DNA from: a virus
Taxonomy: Duplodnaviria; Heunggongvirae; Uroviricota; Caudoviricetes
DNA length: 64,000 nucleotides
Reading direction: 5' to 3' (one strand)
Virus record (IMG/VR): IMGVR_UViG_2595698887_000001
Positions 1 to 8,975 of the stretch are shown one piece after another. The first letter of the stretch is position 1; the number at the start of each line of letters is the position of its first letter. The translations under genes and the position numbers were made by a program. The notes beneath the pieces were generated by a model. That model saw only the letters and a program-made list of their open reading frames with translations. It did no database searches and was not told the origin of the DNA.

Positions 1-21
1 CAGCTATTCATCACGTTGTCA

Positions 22-47
22 ACAACAAAAAAGGCCCCGAAGGGCCT
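22..47 (-). terminator. intrinsic terminator (UUCG-loop hairpin plus T-run on minus strand)
   Basis: The AGGCCC-cgaa-GGGCCT hairpin at 32-47 is preceded on the plus strand by an A-run, which is a T-run on the minus strand. It lies directly 3' of the minus CDS 47..700. Confidence 0.6.
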
Positions 48-700
48 TAATCAAGAATAAATGGTGCTGTTGGAACAGAGAAGTTGCCACTATACCTAGC
101 AACCTTACTAATCCTGATTTGGTCCATGTATGCAAACGCCGTGGCCTCTCCATATCCGATCCGGGCATAGCCAGATGGGAGACTCCAACCACCGGAAGCA
201 AACCCGGCCCCTGTCACAGCGGTTGACCCGTTGATATAGAGTTTTGTTGTTCCGTCCTTGTTGACAATCGCTATGTGCGCCCAGGTTGACAAAGGCCAGA
301 AGTTTGAGTTAAAACTCAGATACCTTAACTGGTCCTGTAAGTAGACTACACTTTGGTATACCTTCAGGCAACTTTGTGTTCCTGTGCCAAAATACAACCA
401 CCATGAGGATGCAACACTAGAGTTCTTGCACCAGAATTCGATGGTGTAGTCATCCGTTGGCCCAAAAACGAGGTCTGTTTTGTTCGCTGCCATCATTTCA
501 AAATAACTTGCAGCAGACAGGCAATCAAACTGCTTGTTGTTGAACTTTGCTGTTGTGGTGGTGGTGACTGCTGCCACTTTAGAGAACACCCTGTCACTTT
601 TTGCCTGGTCAACACCCCCCTTATCTGCCTGTAAGAGCAGGAGTGTCTTATTACCCACAATGGGGGCACTTTTACCCGCTGTTAACATTGCTTCAAACAT
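47..700 (-). CDS. LamG/concanavalin-A-like jelly-roll domain protein (paralog 1 of 3)
   Basis: 217 aa. The N-terminal motif MxEAMLxxG and the downstream beta-rich Gly/Thr/Asn-rich sequence are shared with the ORFs at 4818..5432 and 5985..6638. Confidence 0.55.
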   Translation of the reverse strand: MFEAMLTAGKSAPIVGNKTLLLLQADKGGVDQAKSDRVFSKVAAVTTTTTAKFNNKQFDCLSAASYFEMMAANKTDLVFGPTDDYTIEFWCKNSSVASSWWLYFGTGTQSCLKVYQSVVYLQDQLRYLSFNSNFWPLSTWAHIAIVNKDGTTKLYINGSTAVTGAGFASGGWSLPSGYARIGYGEATAFAYMDQIRISKVARYSGNFSVPTAPFILD

Positions 701-1049
701 TATTTTTCTCCTATTTGTAAACCTTTATTTTATCACAAAATCAGGAGAATTTCTTGCGAAAGTAAAGACGTGCAGCTTTACGCGCCTGACCTTCTCGCTT
801 GAAGTATTTGTCCTGGAATCGCCACTGGCCTGTATCCGTATCCCGCCATACCTCGTGGTTAATGAATTCTAAAATGCTCTCACCGCCCATAATCCTCCCG
901 TGGCTCTATAGCCATTCTATGAAGCTCTTGTATTTGGTCGGCCACTTTGCACCGATCCTCCCAGTAATTAAACACCGCTTCAAGAAGCAGTATCCTCTCA
1001 ATTTCATCCAAAAGCTCATTGGCCCGTTTCACACGCAGTTCTTGTTCTG

Positions 1050-1259
1050 TCATTTCCAAATCCTGAAATTCTCGCGAATAACACTACCCACAATCACCCC
1101 AACAAAGCCAAGGATCACCAATAGCCCTACAACAGCAAGCGCAGCGGGGCCAAGTTTAGATATCAACCAGATAATCGCTACTGCACAGAACAAAACAACA
1201 GGGAATCCAACCAGAAAATCCTTCATGTCGTTTGATACTCTCATACTGACCCCTCCCAA
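1050..1259 (-). CDS. small membrane protein (2 TM helices)
   Basis: 69-aa hydrophobic ORF co-oriented with the minus-strand operon. The overlapping plus ORF 799..1308 is judged a shadow ORF. Confidence 0.4.
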   Translation of the reverse strand: MGGVSMRVSNDMKDFLVGFPVVLFCAVAIIWLISKLGPAALAVVGLLVILGFVGVIVGSVIRENFRIWK

Positions 1260-1491
1260 ACTACCAGACTTTCCGATGGTTGTAGCATATTTTCCATATC
1301 GGGTGTGAACGGACGTACCAAACGCCTATTCTTAAGCGGGTGTAAGTAGGTCATGAATAAATGACCATCCTTAGAGAGGTAGGCAAGTCCACGAACACTC
1401 CCCAGGTCCTGATTCCAACCTTTATCGTGGAAATAAATACCATTAGAGCGTGATTTCTCAAGGATCTTTTTGATTTCACTTAGTTTCATTG
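1241..1491 (-). CDS. hypothetical protein
   Basis: The internal start MKLSEIKK is preceded by AAGGAG. It is about 83 aa. Confidence 0.45.
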
Positions 1492-1743
1492 GATCTCCTT
1501 TACTGGTTCGAAACTTTCTGGTCGGGGAGCGCCGCTGGCCCACGCCTTGCACCCCGCATAGCCGGGAAGACTACTACGACACAACAACGAGGGGACGTGG
1601 GTACTCTCAAAGTGCCTGCGACCGCTCTCTGACTCATAAAATAGCCACTTACCACGATCCCTTTCTCCGGTGTCGGTCCAGTTAACAGTCCAACTGGAAG
1701 TGCCGATAAGCTTCATCTTTCGTCTTTTCCACCAACCTAACAT
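1486..1743 (-). CDS. hypothetical protein (doubtful; GC-rich, low-complexity translation)
   Basis: The start MLGWWK follows GGAGAT. The region 1500-1700 is unusually GC-rich and could instead be non-coding or structured RNA. Confidence 0.2.
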   Translation of the reverse strand: MLGWWKRRKMKLIGTSSWTVNWTDTGERDRGKWLFYESESGRRHFESTHVPSLLCRSSLPGYAGCKAWASGAPRPESFEPVKEIQ

Positions 1744-1891
1744 TCTAATCTCCTCTGAACGTAACGCCAAGTTTTCCGATAGTGTGACATAACTTCCGCA
1801 GTTTTGTCAACAGGAACCTTGGTTTTCAGACAATACCAGGCCCCCTCACGGGAGGCCGAGTCCATAGACATTCTTCCGTAGATGCTGTATG

Positions 1892-2101
1892 TCATCCAAC
1901 ACCCCTTGCCTGTATTGTTTTGCCAACATGTAGCAGTGTGTCGAGAACAAGATTGTACTTACCCCTCGAAACAGAATTTTTCGGCTCCTTATCCCTTAAA
2001 AATCGACAGGTATCTATCTGGCTAATGATCTCTTCCATGATCTCTTTTCTCTCAAGCATCTTACCTAATTCTTCTCTTGCATCACCGTACTCATCGGACA
2101 T
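1892..2101 (-). CDS. hypothetical protein
   Basis: 69 aa with a GGAGAA RBS. It overlaps the upstream stop by 11 nt. Confidence 0.4.
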   Translation of the reverse strand: MSDEYGDAREELGKMLERKEIMEEIISQIDTCRFLRDKEPKNSVSRGKYNLVLDTLLHVGKTIQARGVG

Positions 2102-3240
2102 TCTTTTCTCCTTTTGCTACCTTCAGCATGTGGATTGTGTTCTCCAGGTCTTTCTTCGGCTTACTGTACAGCTTACGACCGTGTTTTGCAAGGAACTTTT
2201 CCAGATAGTCCAGTGCTTTGAACTCAACAATTTCGTTGATAACCTCTGGCACGTTGAACTCCTCCTTCAGCATCTGGTATGCTGCTTTTTTCACCGTAAT
2301 TGGTGTGCGGCCTTGACTGATTGCCATTTCAGTAACCAATCGCTTACGACTATCAGACCAGTTAGCATTGATAGGGAATGCCTTATATCCGTTTTGCTCC
2401 TGGAAAATCTTCACTGCACGTTCTTGCAGGGTGTCTTTATCATACCCACGGCAATAATAACTCGCCTCATCCTGGTGGTCGAAGTGCTCCAGGTCATCGT
2501 AGTCTCCAACACCAAGGTCAGCCAGTAACAGAACATCGTCTGACTGAGACAGAAGACGGGTAGCGTTCCAGCGTACCTCGAAGTCACTCGCCTGGTTACG
2601 ATCACGGTCAAGTGTAAACACCTCAGCAGGGAAGTCGTAGTCAAACTTATACTTTCCTTTGACGGTGGTTACGTACAGTCCGTTTACGTACAGACGGCAG
2701 TCCTGATTGTTCTTTTTAGCATATGCTTTCCCAAGGTAATTGTCTTCTACGACAATCTCAAGGTCTGTCCGTGCTGGTGCGTAATTCTTTTTGACAAGAT
2801 TCATTGCAGAATCAGGAACACCGTTGATCGTGATCGTTACACGGTCTTCATCGCGACTTAAAAACTGGTTTTCGATGATATTGATAGACAAAACCTTCTC
2901 ATCAAAAAGGTCGTCCATCTCGAACTGTGGTTTCCAAAGGTCTTTTCCGTTTTTCACCGTAATATCAGCGCCCTCGCGCAACAGGCACAGGAATCCAACC
3001 TTCATCCCCTCACCGAACTTACCGACCTTGGTATCATCATCCTCTTTGGTTGTTTTACCCATGAGGAGAGACTGAACAGGCATCTTTCCTCCGCAGGAAG
3101 AGATGGTGATTGAGTCCTGATCGAACAAAACAGTATGGTCACCTGCGTCAATGGCATTCTGGATGAGTTCACGTACACCTTCCCACCATGACCAGTGGGA
3201 TACATATGTTGGGGCAATGCTTAACTTGATGCTTTTCATG
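2091..3240 (-). CDS. GHKL-superfamily ATPase (MutL/Hsp90/MORC-like Bergerat fold)
   Basis: The motif ELIQNAIDAG matches the N-box ExxxNAxD, and GKFGEGMKVGF matches the G2 box. It is the first gene after the minus promoter, with an AAGGAG RBS before MKSIKL. Confidence 0.55.
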
Positions 3241-3270
3241 GTTTCTCCTTGAAACGGTTTATGTCTCACC

Positions 3271-3298
3271 ATTATGACAGAAAGAAAGATGATGTCAA
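3271..3298 (-). promoter_or_regulatory. sigma70-like promoter for the minus operon (TTGACA-N16/17-CATAAT)
   Basis: The reverse complement reads TTGACAtcatctttctttctgtCATAATg, upstream of the GHKL gene. Confidence 0.5.
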
Positions 3299-3301
3299 CT
3301 A

Positions 3302-3330
3302 TTGACTAAAAATAATTTCACTGATAATCT
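3302..3330 (+). promoter_or_regulatory. sigma70-like promoter with extended -10 (TTGACT-N17-TAATCT; cactgaTAA motif)
   Basis: The sequence is TTGACTaaaaataatttcacTGaTAATCT, 28 nt upstream of the ATG at 3359. It is divergent from the minus promoter. Confidence 0.55.
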
Positions 3331-3358
3331 TACCTTACCAACACAGAGGAGACACATA

Positions 3359-3607
3359 ATGTCAGAAGAAATCTTAGAGCAAGATAAGTACAAATACAAC
3401 GAGATCGTCTTGATTGACGGTCAGTTTGAAGCGACAATTCGAGACATCTTTACCAGGACTTACCGCATCAAGGGTGAGAACGGGCAAGAAGATACTTTCG
3501 GAACTCACGTATCATACCGTCTTCACGAGAAGGATTGGTGGTATGAAGAGGTTCTTCCGCACCGTGTGCAGAAACTCAACGGCAAACTCAACTTTGGAGC
3601 CAAATAA
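3359..3607 (+). CDS. hypothetical protein (plus-strand island gene 1)
   Basis: An AGAGGAG RBS precedes MSEEILEQ. 82 aa. Confidence 0.5.
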   Translation: MSEEILEQDKYKYNEIVLIDGQFEATIRDIFTRTYRIKGENGQEDTFGTHVSYRLHEKDWWYEEVLPHRVQKLNGKLNFGAK

Positions 3608-3921
3608 TGCAATTACTCGAAGATAAGGGTGGACGCCCAGACCGTAATGAACCGGATCACCGTGTGCGTCAAGACACCATTTGCCTTCTGTACGGATTCA
3701 GCCCAAAGAATCCTCTTACCGGGCAGTTGAACGGTAGAGAGTGCTTCGTCATTCAACGATCAAAGTTCGGGCCTGACCGTATCCCATACCCGCCGGATGA
3801 TGTCTGGTTTGAATGCCATATCCGTGGTATGCCAGTGACAATTGATGTACCGCTGGAGCACCTGATGCTCCTCGACGATTCCGACAGGCTTGTGATTGAG
3901 AAATTATCAAGCAACAGATAA
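3607..3921 (+). CDS. hypothetical protein (plus-strand island gene 2)
   Basis: An ATGA stop/start overlap with the upstream gene. 104 aa. Confidence 0.5.
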   Translation: MQLLEDKGGRPDRNEPDHRVRQDTICLLYGFSPKNPLTGQLNGRECFVIQRSKFGPDRIPYPPDDVWFECHIRGMPVTIDVPLEHLMLLDDSDRLVIEKLSSNR

Positions 3922-3946
3922 AAGAAAACCCGCTCAAGGCGGGTTA
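3919..3946. terminator. intrinsic terminator shared by convergent genes
   Basis: The hairpin AACCCGC-tcaa-GGCGGGTT is flanked by an A-run on the plus strand (a T-run for the minus strand). It sits between the plus CDS ending 3921 and the minus CDS ending 3944. Confidence 0.55.
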
Positions 3947-4438
3947 TCCCATTAAAACAATCACTTTTTCTTTAGTCACCGCTATGTACTCTTCTACAAA
4001 AGTCCCTGACATTACCCTTTCCATGATCCTTCCGGGGACTTTCCCAAAAGCCTTCATAAGAGCATCCAAATCTACGCCTTTAGCCATTCTCAGCATTTGA
4101 ACTTCTTCTTCGGTTGGTGCAGAGGAATCAAAGAACATGTCTCGGCTGTAAACCTGTGTATTTCCAATGAAAACCTCATCCGGATGAATCCAGATCTTCT
4201 CGTCTTTACTTGTGGCTATCATAAATATCTGCTCATTCTTGCCAGCACTCTTTGTGATAACCAGCCTTGGATTAAGTATACCCTCAGCGTCGATGTTGTG
4301 TTTTGACTTCACGACAAAAACAACAGCCCCACAAACCCCGGCCTTAACCTGAGCAACAGCACTGGATATCCCCGGCAATTTGCTAATCACTTCATGGCTA
4401 GTGTCCTTTACAAACAACCTGATCATTTCGTCCTGCAT
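3944..4438 (-). CDS. hypothetical protein
   Basis: 164-aa ORF co-oriented with the operon. Confidence 0.45.
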   Translation of the reverse strand: MQDEMIRLFVKDTSHEVISKLPGISSAVAQVKAGVCGAVVFVVKSKHNIDAEGILNPRLVITKSAGKNEQIFMIATSKDEKIWIHPDEVFIGNTQVYSRDMFFDSSAPTEEEVQMLRMAKGVDLDALMKAFGKVPGRIMERVMSGTFVEEYIAVTKEKVIVLMG

Positions 4439-4818
4439 ACGGTCTCCAAATCCTTAATCCATTCAAAGCGGTTGGTGTAAATCATATGATTCTTTTTGCT
4501 ACGATTCATCTTTGCAGGGATTACCTGGATGTTATCACCACAGTTAAGGCCTGATACAATCTTTGCCCGGAGGGGCAGCATGTGGTCTGGCTCCCAACGG
4601 ATGCCAGTTTCACGCATCCTCACGTTGCAAAGATGGTTGGCCTCTTCTCTTACAAAGATGTCCCATTCGCTGTGCATTGTTGCACGTTTCTCGGCTTCAA
4701 TACGCTGTAGCCTTATTTGTAGTTGACGGGCTTTTCCCTCTGGGGTTGATCGCCTTTGGCGATCTAATTCCCTTCTCCTTTCTGCGTATTGTCTATAGTA
4801 TTCTTTCTTATCTCTCAT
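4423..4818 (-). CDS. HNH endonuclease (free-standing)
   Basis: The motif DHMLPL...GGxNIQVIPAKMNRSKKNH matches an HNH signature. Confidence 0.6.
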   Translation of the reverse strand: MRDKKEYYRQYAERRRELDRQRRSTPEGKARQLQIRLQRIEAEKRATMHSEWDIFVREEANHLCNVRMRETGIRWEPDHMLPLRAKIVSGLNCGDNIQVIPAKMNRSKKNHMIYTNRFEWIKDLETVCRTK

Positions 4819-5432
4819 TATCCAACCTCAAAATAGAAATCGTCAATAAGCCCGTTCAGAAGAAATGCGTTATCAGAGGACTTTCCAACATACAATTGGT
4901 TTGCTGCACTCCCACCAAAACCCTTCGTCATTGTCTGTGTCGCACCAACTTGAGCACCGTTTATGAAAAACTTAAGCTGTGTCCCAACCCGCTCTAGGCG
5001 AAGATGGAGCCAAGTATTGATCGGCAGCGCCCCAGTTCCAAAACGAAAACGTTGAACAACACCAGTTGTGTCATAGCCGTCGATACTGATTTGGGATGCA
5101 ACCTGGAAGGTGTTGTTTAACGTGACCCAGTAAGAACCAGTGCCGTCACTATTCTTCAGATTACCCAGCAACATCTGTGCGCCTGTGCTCCTGAGCTTAA
5201 CATACGTATCGAGGTAGAAGTTGGTTGTGTTTCCAATCCTTGTTGGTACTGGGAGACCATCGCCAATTTTGATAAAGGCGTTGGCATTATTTGGAAAATC
5301 AAGGGAACCTTTACCCGTAGTGGTTTCACTACCAACAACCAGCGCTGGTCCCTTTGTGATAGGACCGTATTTTTGCAATCTGGCAATCATGTAGTTGACA
5401 TCCAGACCACCAAGTAGCATTTCTTGCATCAT
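4818..5432 (-). CDS. LamG/ConA-like jelly-roll protein (paralog 2)
   Basis: The N-terminus MMQEMLLGGLD resembles 47..700 and 5985..6638. 204 aa. Confidence 0.55.
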   Translation of the reverse strand: MMQEMLLGGLDVNYMIARLQKYGPITKGPALVVGSETTTGKGSLDFPNNANAFIKIGDGLPVPTRIGNTTNFYLDTYVKLRSTGAQMLLGNLKNSDGTGSYWVTLNNTFQVASQISIDGYDTTGVVQRFRFGTGALPINTWLHLRLERVGTQLKFFINGAQVGATQTMTKGFGGSAANQLYVGKSSDNAFLLNGLIDDFYFEVG

Positions 5433-5959
5433 TTCCCCACATAGGTAAATATCGTTAATAACAAATAAACAATACCGATCAAAAGGAAAGTACGGTTTAT
5501 CTTAGAACTCAACCAATCCTTGATTCGGTATTTCCACCCCAGAGATTTTTTGTGCTCCTTGATGATCCTATCAATTATGCGGTACAAATCTCTGATTGCA
5601 CTCTCAAAACCCTCGTACTCTTCAAAAGCGTCTTCAAGATTTTCAGGGTCTAGTTTCCCCATGTCACCAACGCGGAAAGTGTAATTTGAGGGGGTGTTTG
5701 TGTCTACACCACGAGTCACTTCCAGTCGCCCTACACGAATGGTATAAAGGATGCTGTTTTTAGCATCCCTAATAATAAGCACTCTTTCATCAGCAGCATA
5801 CTTACGCACAAGTGCGATACAACCCTTTGAGTTTTCTATAAAACCCTTTTCCAGCAGAGTTTGCCAGTGTTCTTGTAGGGTAGGGTGTTCACGAACTAAT
5901 TTCTGAAACATACTACCTCCTATCATATTATTAACCTCCATTTTATCATGGTTAGTCAA
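5429..5959 (-). CDS. hypothetical protein with C-terminal transmembrane helix
   Basis: Overlaps the downstream gene by 4 nt. The C-terminus LLIGIVYLLLTIFTYV is hydrophobic. The exact start is uncertain. Confidence 0.4.
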   Translation of the reverse strand: MTNHDKMEVNNMIGGSMFQKLVREHPTLQEHWQTLLEKGFIENSKGCIALVRKYAADERVLIIRDAKNSILYTIRVGRLEVTRGVDTNTPSNYTFRVGDMGKLDPENLEDAFEEYEGFESAIRDLYRIIDRIIKEHKKSLGWKYRIKDWLSSKINRTFLLIGIVYLLLTIFTYVGK

Positions 5960-5984
5960 GATATTATATAGGAGATAGGATGAA

Positions 5985-6638
5985 TCATTGTTGCTTAATG
6001 ATCCGCAATCTTTTCAGGTATCCCTGCATGGTGTAAGAACCAATTCCCCTTGGATAACTCCCGCCAACACTGAGTTTTGTTCCGTTTCCAAAACCGTATG
6101 GGATTGTGTACTGCTGTGTTGCCAACGGATTGTTGTTATTGACTATCTTCATGACTTTGGTTGTTGAGTCCCAAAACATAGAGAAATCATTCCACCCTGG
6201 TGCTGCCGGGGTGAAAAATGCCCTTACAAAGTTGCCAACATTATCTGTGACAAAGTATTGAGACCCGCCAGACAAATTTGGAACTTGCAGAACACCACCA
6301 ATAATATTGCCTGTGGTTACATAATCCCCTGTGGCCCACACTGCCATCGTTGCTGTGTTATTGAGATAGAACTCAGAACGAACTTCGAATTTACCAACAG
6401 CCATGCTTATATCTGCCGTCATTGGTGTCTCGAAGTATGTTGATCCTGGGAAGGACATAACCCGACCGTGATCAGCCACGTCCTGTACGGTTGCGTTGCC
6501 AGTTCCGACTTTCGTGAATGGGTGACCGTAGACATCCACAAGGGCCGTGTCCCCAAGTGTCTGTTTTGACGGATCTATATCAAGGACAGTGATCCCAGGG
6601 GACTTTGTACCGCCTGTTAATAGCATCTCTTCCATCAA
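5985..6638 (-). CDS. LamG/ConA-like jelly-roll protein (paralog 3)
   Basis: N-terminus MMEEMLLTGGTKS. 217 aa. Confidence 0.55.
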   Translation of the reverse strand: MMEEMLLTGGTKSPGITVLDIDPSKQTLGDTALVDVYGHPFTKVGTGNATVQDVADHGRVMSFPGSTYFETPMTADISMAVGKFEVRSEFYLNNTATMAVWATGDYVTTGNIIGGVLQVPNLSGGSQYFVTDNVGNFVRAFFTPAAPGWNDFSMFWDSTTKVMKIVNNNNPLATQQYTIPYGFGNGTKLSVGGSYPRGIGSYTMQGYLKRLRIIKQQ

Positions 6639-6642
6639 GACC

Positions 6643-6873
6643 TCAGCAAGTAAAACTGCATTTAGGGCAAGGACACGCGATCCCGTGGAAGCATAAGCCT
6701 AACCCGTCTTTACGTACACCCGTTCCACCGCAATTAGGGCATTGGTCATGGAGGCATTTGATGACACCAACATCTCCAGGAGAAGGCCATACGACCTTCT
6801 TGATACCCTGTTGCTCATGGTAGCGGTCTTGCAGAATTTGTGCCTGCTCCGCTGTTAATGGTCCATAGCTCAT
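6643..6873 (-). CDS. small Cys-rich (zinc-ribbon-like) protein
   Basis: CPNCGG...CPCPKC. 76 aa. Confidence 0.4.
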   Translation of the reverse strand: MSYGPLTAEQAQILQDRYHEQQGIKKVVWPSPGDVGVIKCLHDQCPNCGGTGVRKDGLGLCFHGIACPCPKCSFTC

Positions 6874-7025
6874 TCGTCCTCCTCATTACCGAGGTCCACA
6901 AGCATCTCGCGCTCTTGGTCGTTGATGGGCTGTACACGCCGGGCCATGTCCCTTAGAATTAGGAATTCCTCTCCGCTCATGACGACCTTGTAAACACCAA
7001 CCTCTTGATTGCTATGGATTATCAT
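6870..7025 (-). CDS. small hypothetical protein (51 aa, below ORF-track cutoff)
   Basis: MIIHSNQEVGVYKV... with ATGA couplings at both ends. Confidence 0.3.
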   Translation of the reverse strand: MIIHSNQEVGVYKVVMSGEEFLILRDMARRVQPINDQEREMLVDLGNEEDE

Positions 7026-7198
7026 ACCGGATACCCCTTACATTGTAGCCACACAAAGAAGTCGCTCATCCAATCTTCCTGAGTACGCTCATAAGGCCAG
7101 TTCTCTGGCTCATCGCTGAAGCTACGTTGGCGCTTATAGTCATCCATCCACTCAGCCACAAGCTCAAGCATTTTTCCTGAAAATTCAAGCTGTCGCAT
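7022..7198 (-). CDS. small hypothetical protein (58 aa)
   Basis: GAGGAGAAG then ATG. Product MRQLEFSGKMLELVAEWMDDYKRQRSF... I prefer this over the track ORF 7066..7263. Confidence 0.35.
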   Translation of the reverse strand: MRQLEFSGKMLELVAEWMDDYKRQRSFSDEPENWPYERTQEDWMSDFFVWLQCKGYPV

Positions 7199-7397
7199 TT
7201 CTTCTCCTCATAACATAGTGAAGCAAAGTTGCCAGCGGCCAGGCAAACCCGACCGCAAAACAAATTTCAGACCAATCATGATCTGACTTCGCTTTGTAAA
7301 CCTGCTTAAGAACCTTATCGTTCTCCATCTTCACGGAGTATACCACAGCAATCACAGCATATGCAACCCCTATTATGCCGACAATTGCCTCAAACAT
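7185..7397 (-). CDS. small membrane protein
   Basis: 70 aa with a hydrophobic N-terminal half. Confidence 0.4.
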   Translation of the reverse strand: MFEAIVGIIGVAYAVIAVVYSVKMENDKVLKQVYKAKSDHDWSEICFAVGFAWPLATLLHYVMRRRNATA

Positions 7398-8463
7398 CCA
7401 TACCCGCCCAGCAGATGTCCTGTGTTGTCATGAGAACACGAGAAGCGAGTTCAAGGTCGGTATGCTTCGGCAGATCTGTCTTTTTGTACAGAACTTCGCG
7501 AATGTGGTGATCTTTCTCATCAGCCCAAGCCAGAAGCTCGTCGAGAGTCCATTTGCCAGCACGAATATCCAGCAACTCCTGAGCATCAGGGCGCTTCACC
7601 AGAACCTTGCCGTCAGTCAGGATCTCTTCAGCCATACGCATCAGGCGCACGAGGTGCATAGCATGTTTGGTGTCATAACCAAAGTTGACCTCAAGCTGAT
7701 GGCGCACTTCATTACGATTCTGTTTCCAGGTCCAGTAGTTACGGTGCTTCTCTTTTGCCTGCTTGTGTTCCTCTGACAGGTACTTCACAATAAACAAAGG
7801 CTTTCTGCGTTTATCTCTATCTGTCAGTTGCTGATAATCTACATGACGAATTGAACCGTCAGCATTAAACATACCAGAACTGTTATAGTTTTCCATAACC
7901 GCATAGATGTTGTTACCATAAGGTACAAGGATGCACACATCGTTTAGCTCGGTCATGGCCTTCATGAATCGTTCATGCTTAACCACATCTGCAAGGGATG
8001 GGTGCGAACTGTAGTTGTGTACTAGACGGAAGAAATCCTTTTGCGTTGGTTTTGCCTCTGGCTGTGGGTTGGTGATCCATTTATCATGACCACGGATACG
8101 CTTCAACTGAGCCATAGCATACCCAGAGAAGCTAAATGCGACCTTACTGGACATAAGTTCAGGAGCCATTGTTCGCAGGTACGCGTAAGCGTCTGATGTT
8201 GAGATGATATCTTTTTCATCAACGAACATCAGTTCGATAATGTTCGGGTTCATCTCTACAAACAACTTCATGAAGTTTGTGAGTTCGTAGATCTTCCCGT
8301 CCTCCTCATCAACAAGCGTCTGCTCTTTGATATTGAAGAATGGAGTACGGATGAACTTAGGCTCCGCACAGAACAGACCACGGATATCGACATCCGATGT
8401 TGGGAGGTTTGTCCCATAGGCGAGGCTACCAGAGTAGCAGCGCATCATATCAAAAGTTTTCAT
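7390..8463 (-). CDS. Pol-beta-superfamily nucleotidyltransferase (hG[GS]x9-13DxD core; specificity unknown)
   Basis: The stretch YSGSLAYGTNLPTSDVDIRG is followed about 50 aa later by MFVDEKD. The start MKTFDM follows a GGGGAG RBS. Confidence 0.55.
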   Translation of the reverse strand: MKTFDMMRCYSGSLAYGTNLPTSDVDIRGLFCAEPKFIRTPFFNIKEQTLVDEEDGKIYELTNFMKLFVEMNPNIIELMFVDEKDIISTSDAYAYLRTMAPELMSSKVAFSFSGYAMAQLKRIRGHDKWITNPQPEAKPTQKDFFRLVHNYSSHPSLADVVKHERFMKAMTELNDVCILVPYGNNIYAVMENYNSSGMFNADGSIRHVDYQQLTDRDKRRKPLFIVKYLSEEHKQAKEKHRNYWTWKQNRNEVRHQLEVNFGYDTKHAMHLVRLMRMAEEILTDGKVLVKRPDAQELLDIRAGKWTLDELLAWADEKDHHIREVLYKKTDLPKHTDLELASRVLMTTQDICWAGMDV

Positions 8464-8471
8464 ATCTCCCC

Positions 8472-8801
8472 TTAAGAGCAAACAAGGTTGCACGGTCTAT
8501 TTTTATCCCAGAAATTCAAAAGGTCCTGATACTTAATCTTCTCCTCTAAGAATTTCGCCTCATCCCTCAAACGAATGATCTCCTGAATAAGCAAAACCAC
8601 TTCGTCAGGATACCAACCTGTTGTTTCTTCTGCTTTGATCATACACTCGCCACGTTTCCACTTAGAAAGTGACCCGTCACAAAACACCTTAGCTTGATTT
8701 TTTGAGATTTGTTTTACCACTGCGGGGCGCAACTGATTGTACCCCCAGTAAATATAGACTTCATCACCAATATTCAGGGTTTCACCACGAACGTCTTTCA
8801 T
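8472..8801 (-). CDS. hypothetical protein
   Basis: 109-aa ORF in the operon. Confidence 0.45.
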   Translation of the reverse strand: MKDVRGETLNIGDEVYIYWGYNQLRPAVVKQISKNQAKVFCDGSLSKWKRGECMIKAEETTGWYPDEVVLLIQEIIRLRDEAKFLEEKIKYQDLLNFWDKNRPCNLVCS

Positions 8802-8974
8802 CCTTTGTTGACCTCTTTCATCACACCTTCAATGACCCGCCCAAACTCTCGGCTAAAGAAGTTATGATCACGATTGAATTCATCACCAATAGTCCTGATT
8901 TTAGCAGCGGCAATATTACTGGCTGCATTGATCATGGCTACAAGGATCTCTGGGTTCAATTCTTCAACTTTCAT
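8798..8974 (-). CDS. small hypothetical protein
   Basis: Internal start MKVEEL follows a GGGGG RBS. Confidence 0.35.
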   Translation of the reverse strand: MKVEELNPEILVAMINAASNIAAAKIRTIGDEFNRDHNFFSREFGRVIEGVMKEVNKG

Positions 8975-8975
8975 A

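Noticed and set aside
1920-2528. 202-aa plus-strand ORF
   Set aside because: It lies antisense to the GHKL ATPase gene, has no RBS and a low-complexity translation. It is a shadow ORF.
7066-7263. 65-aa minus ORF from the track
   Set aside because: An alternative frame gives two RBS-preceded, ATGA-coupled small ORFs (7022..7198 and 6870..7025) that better fit the operon layout.
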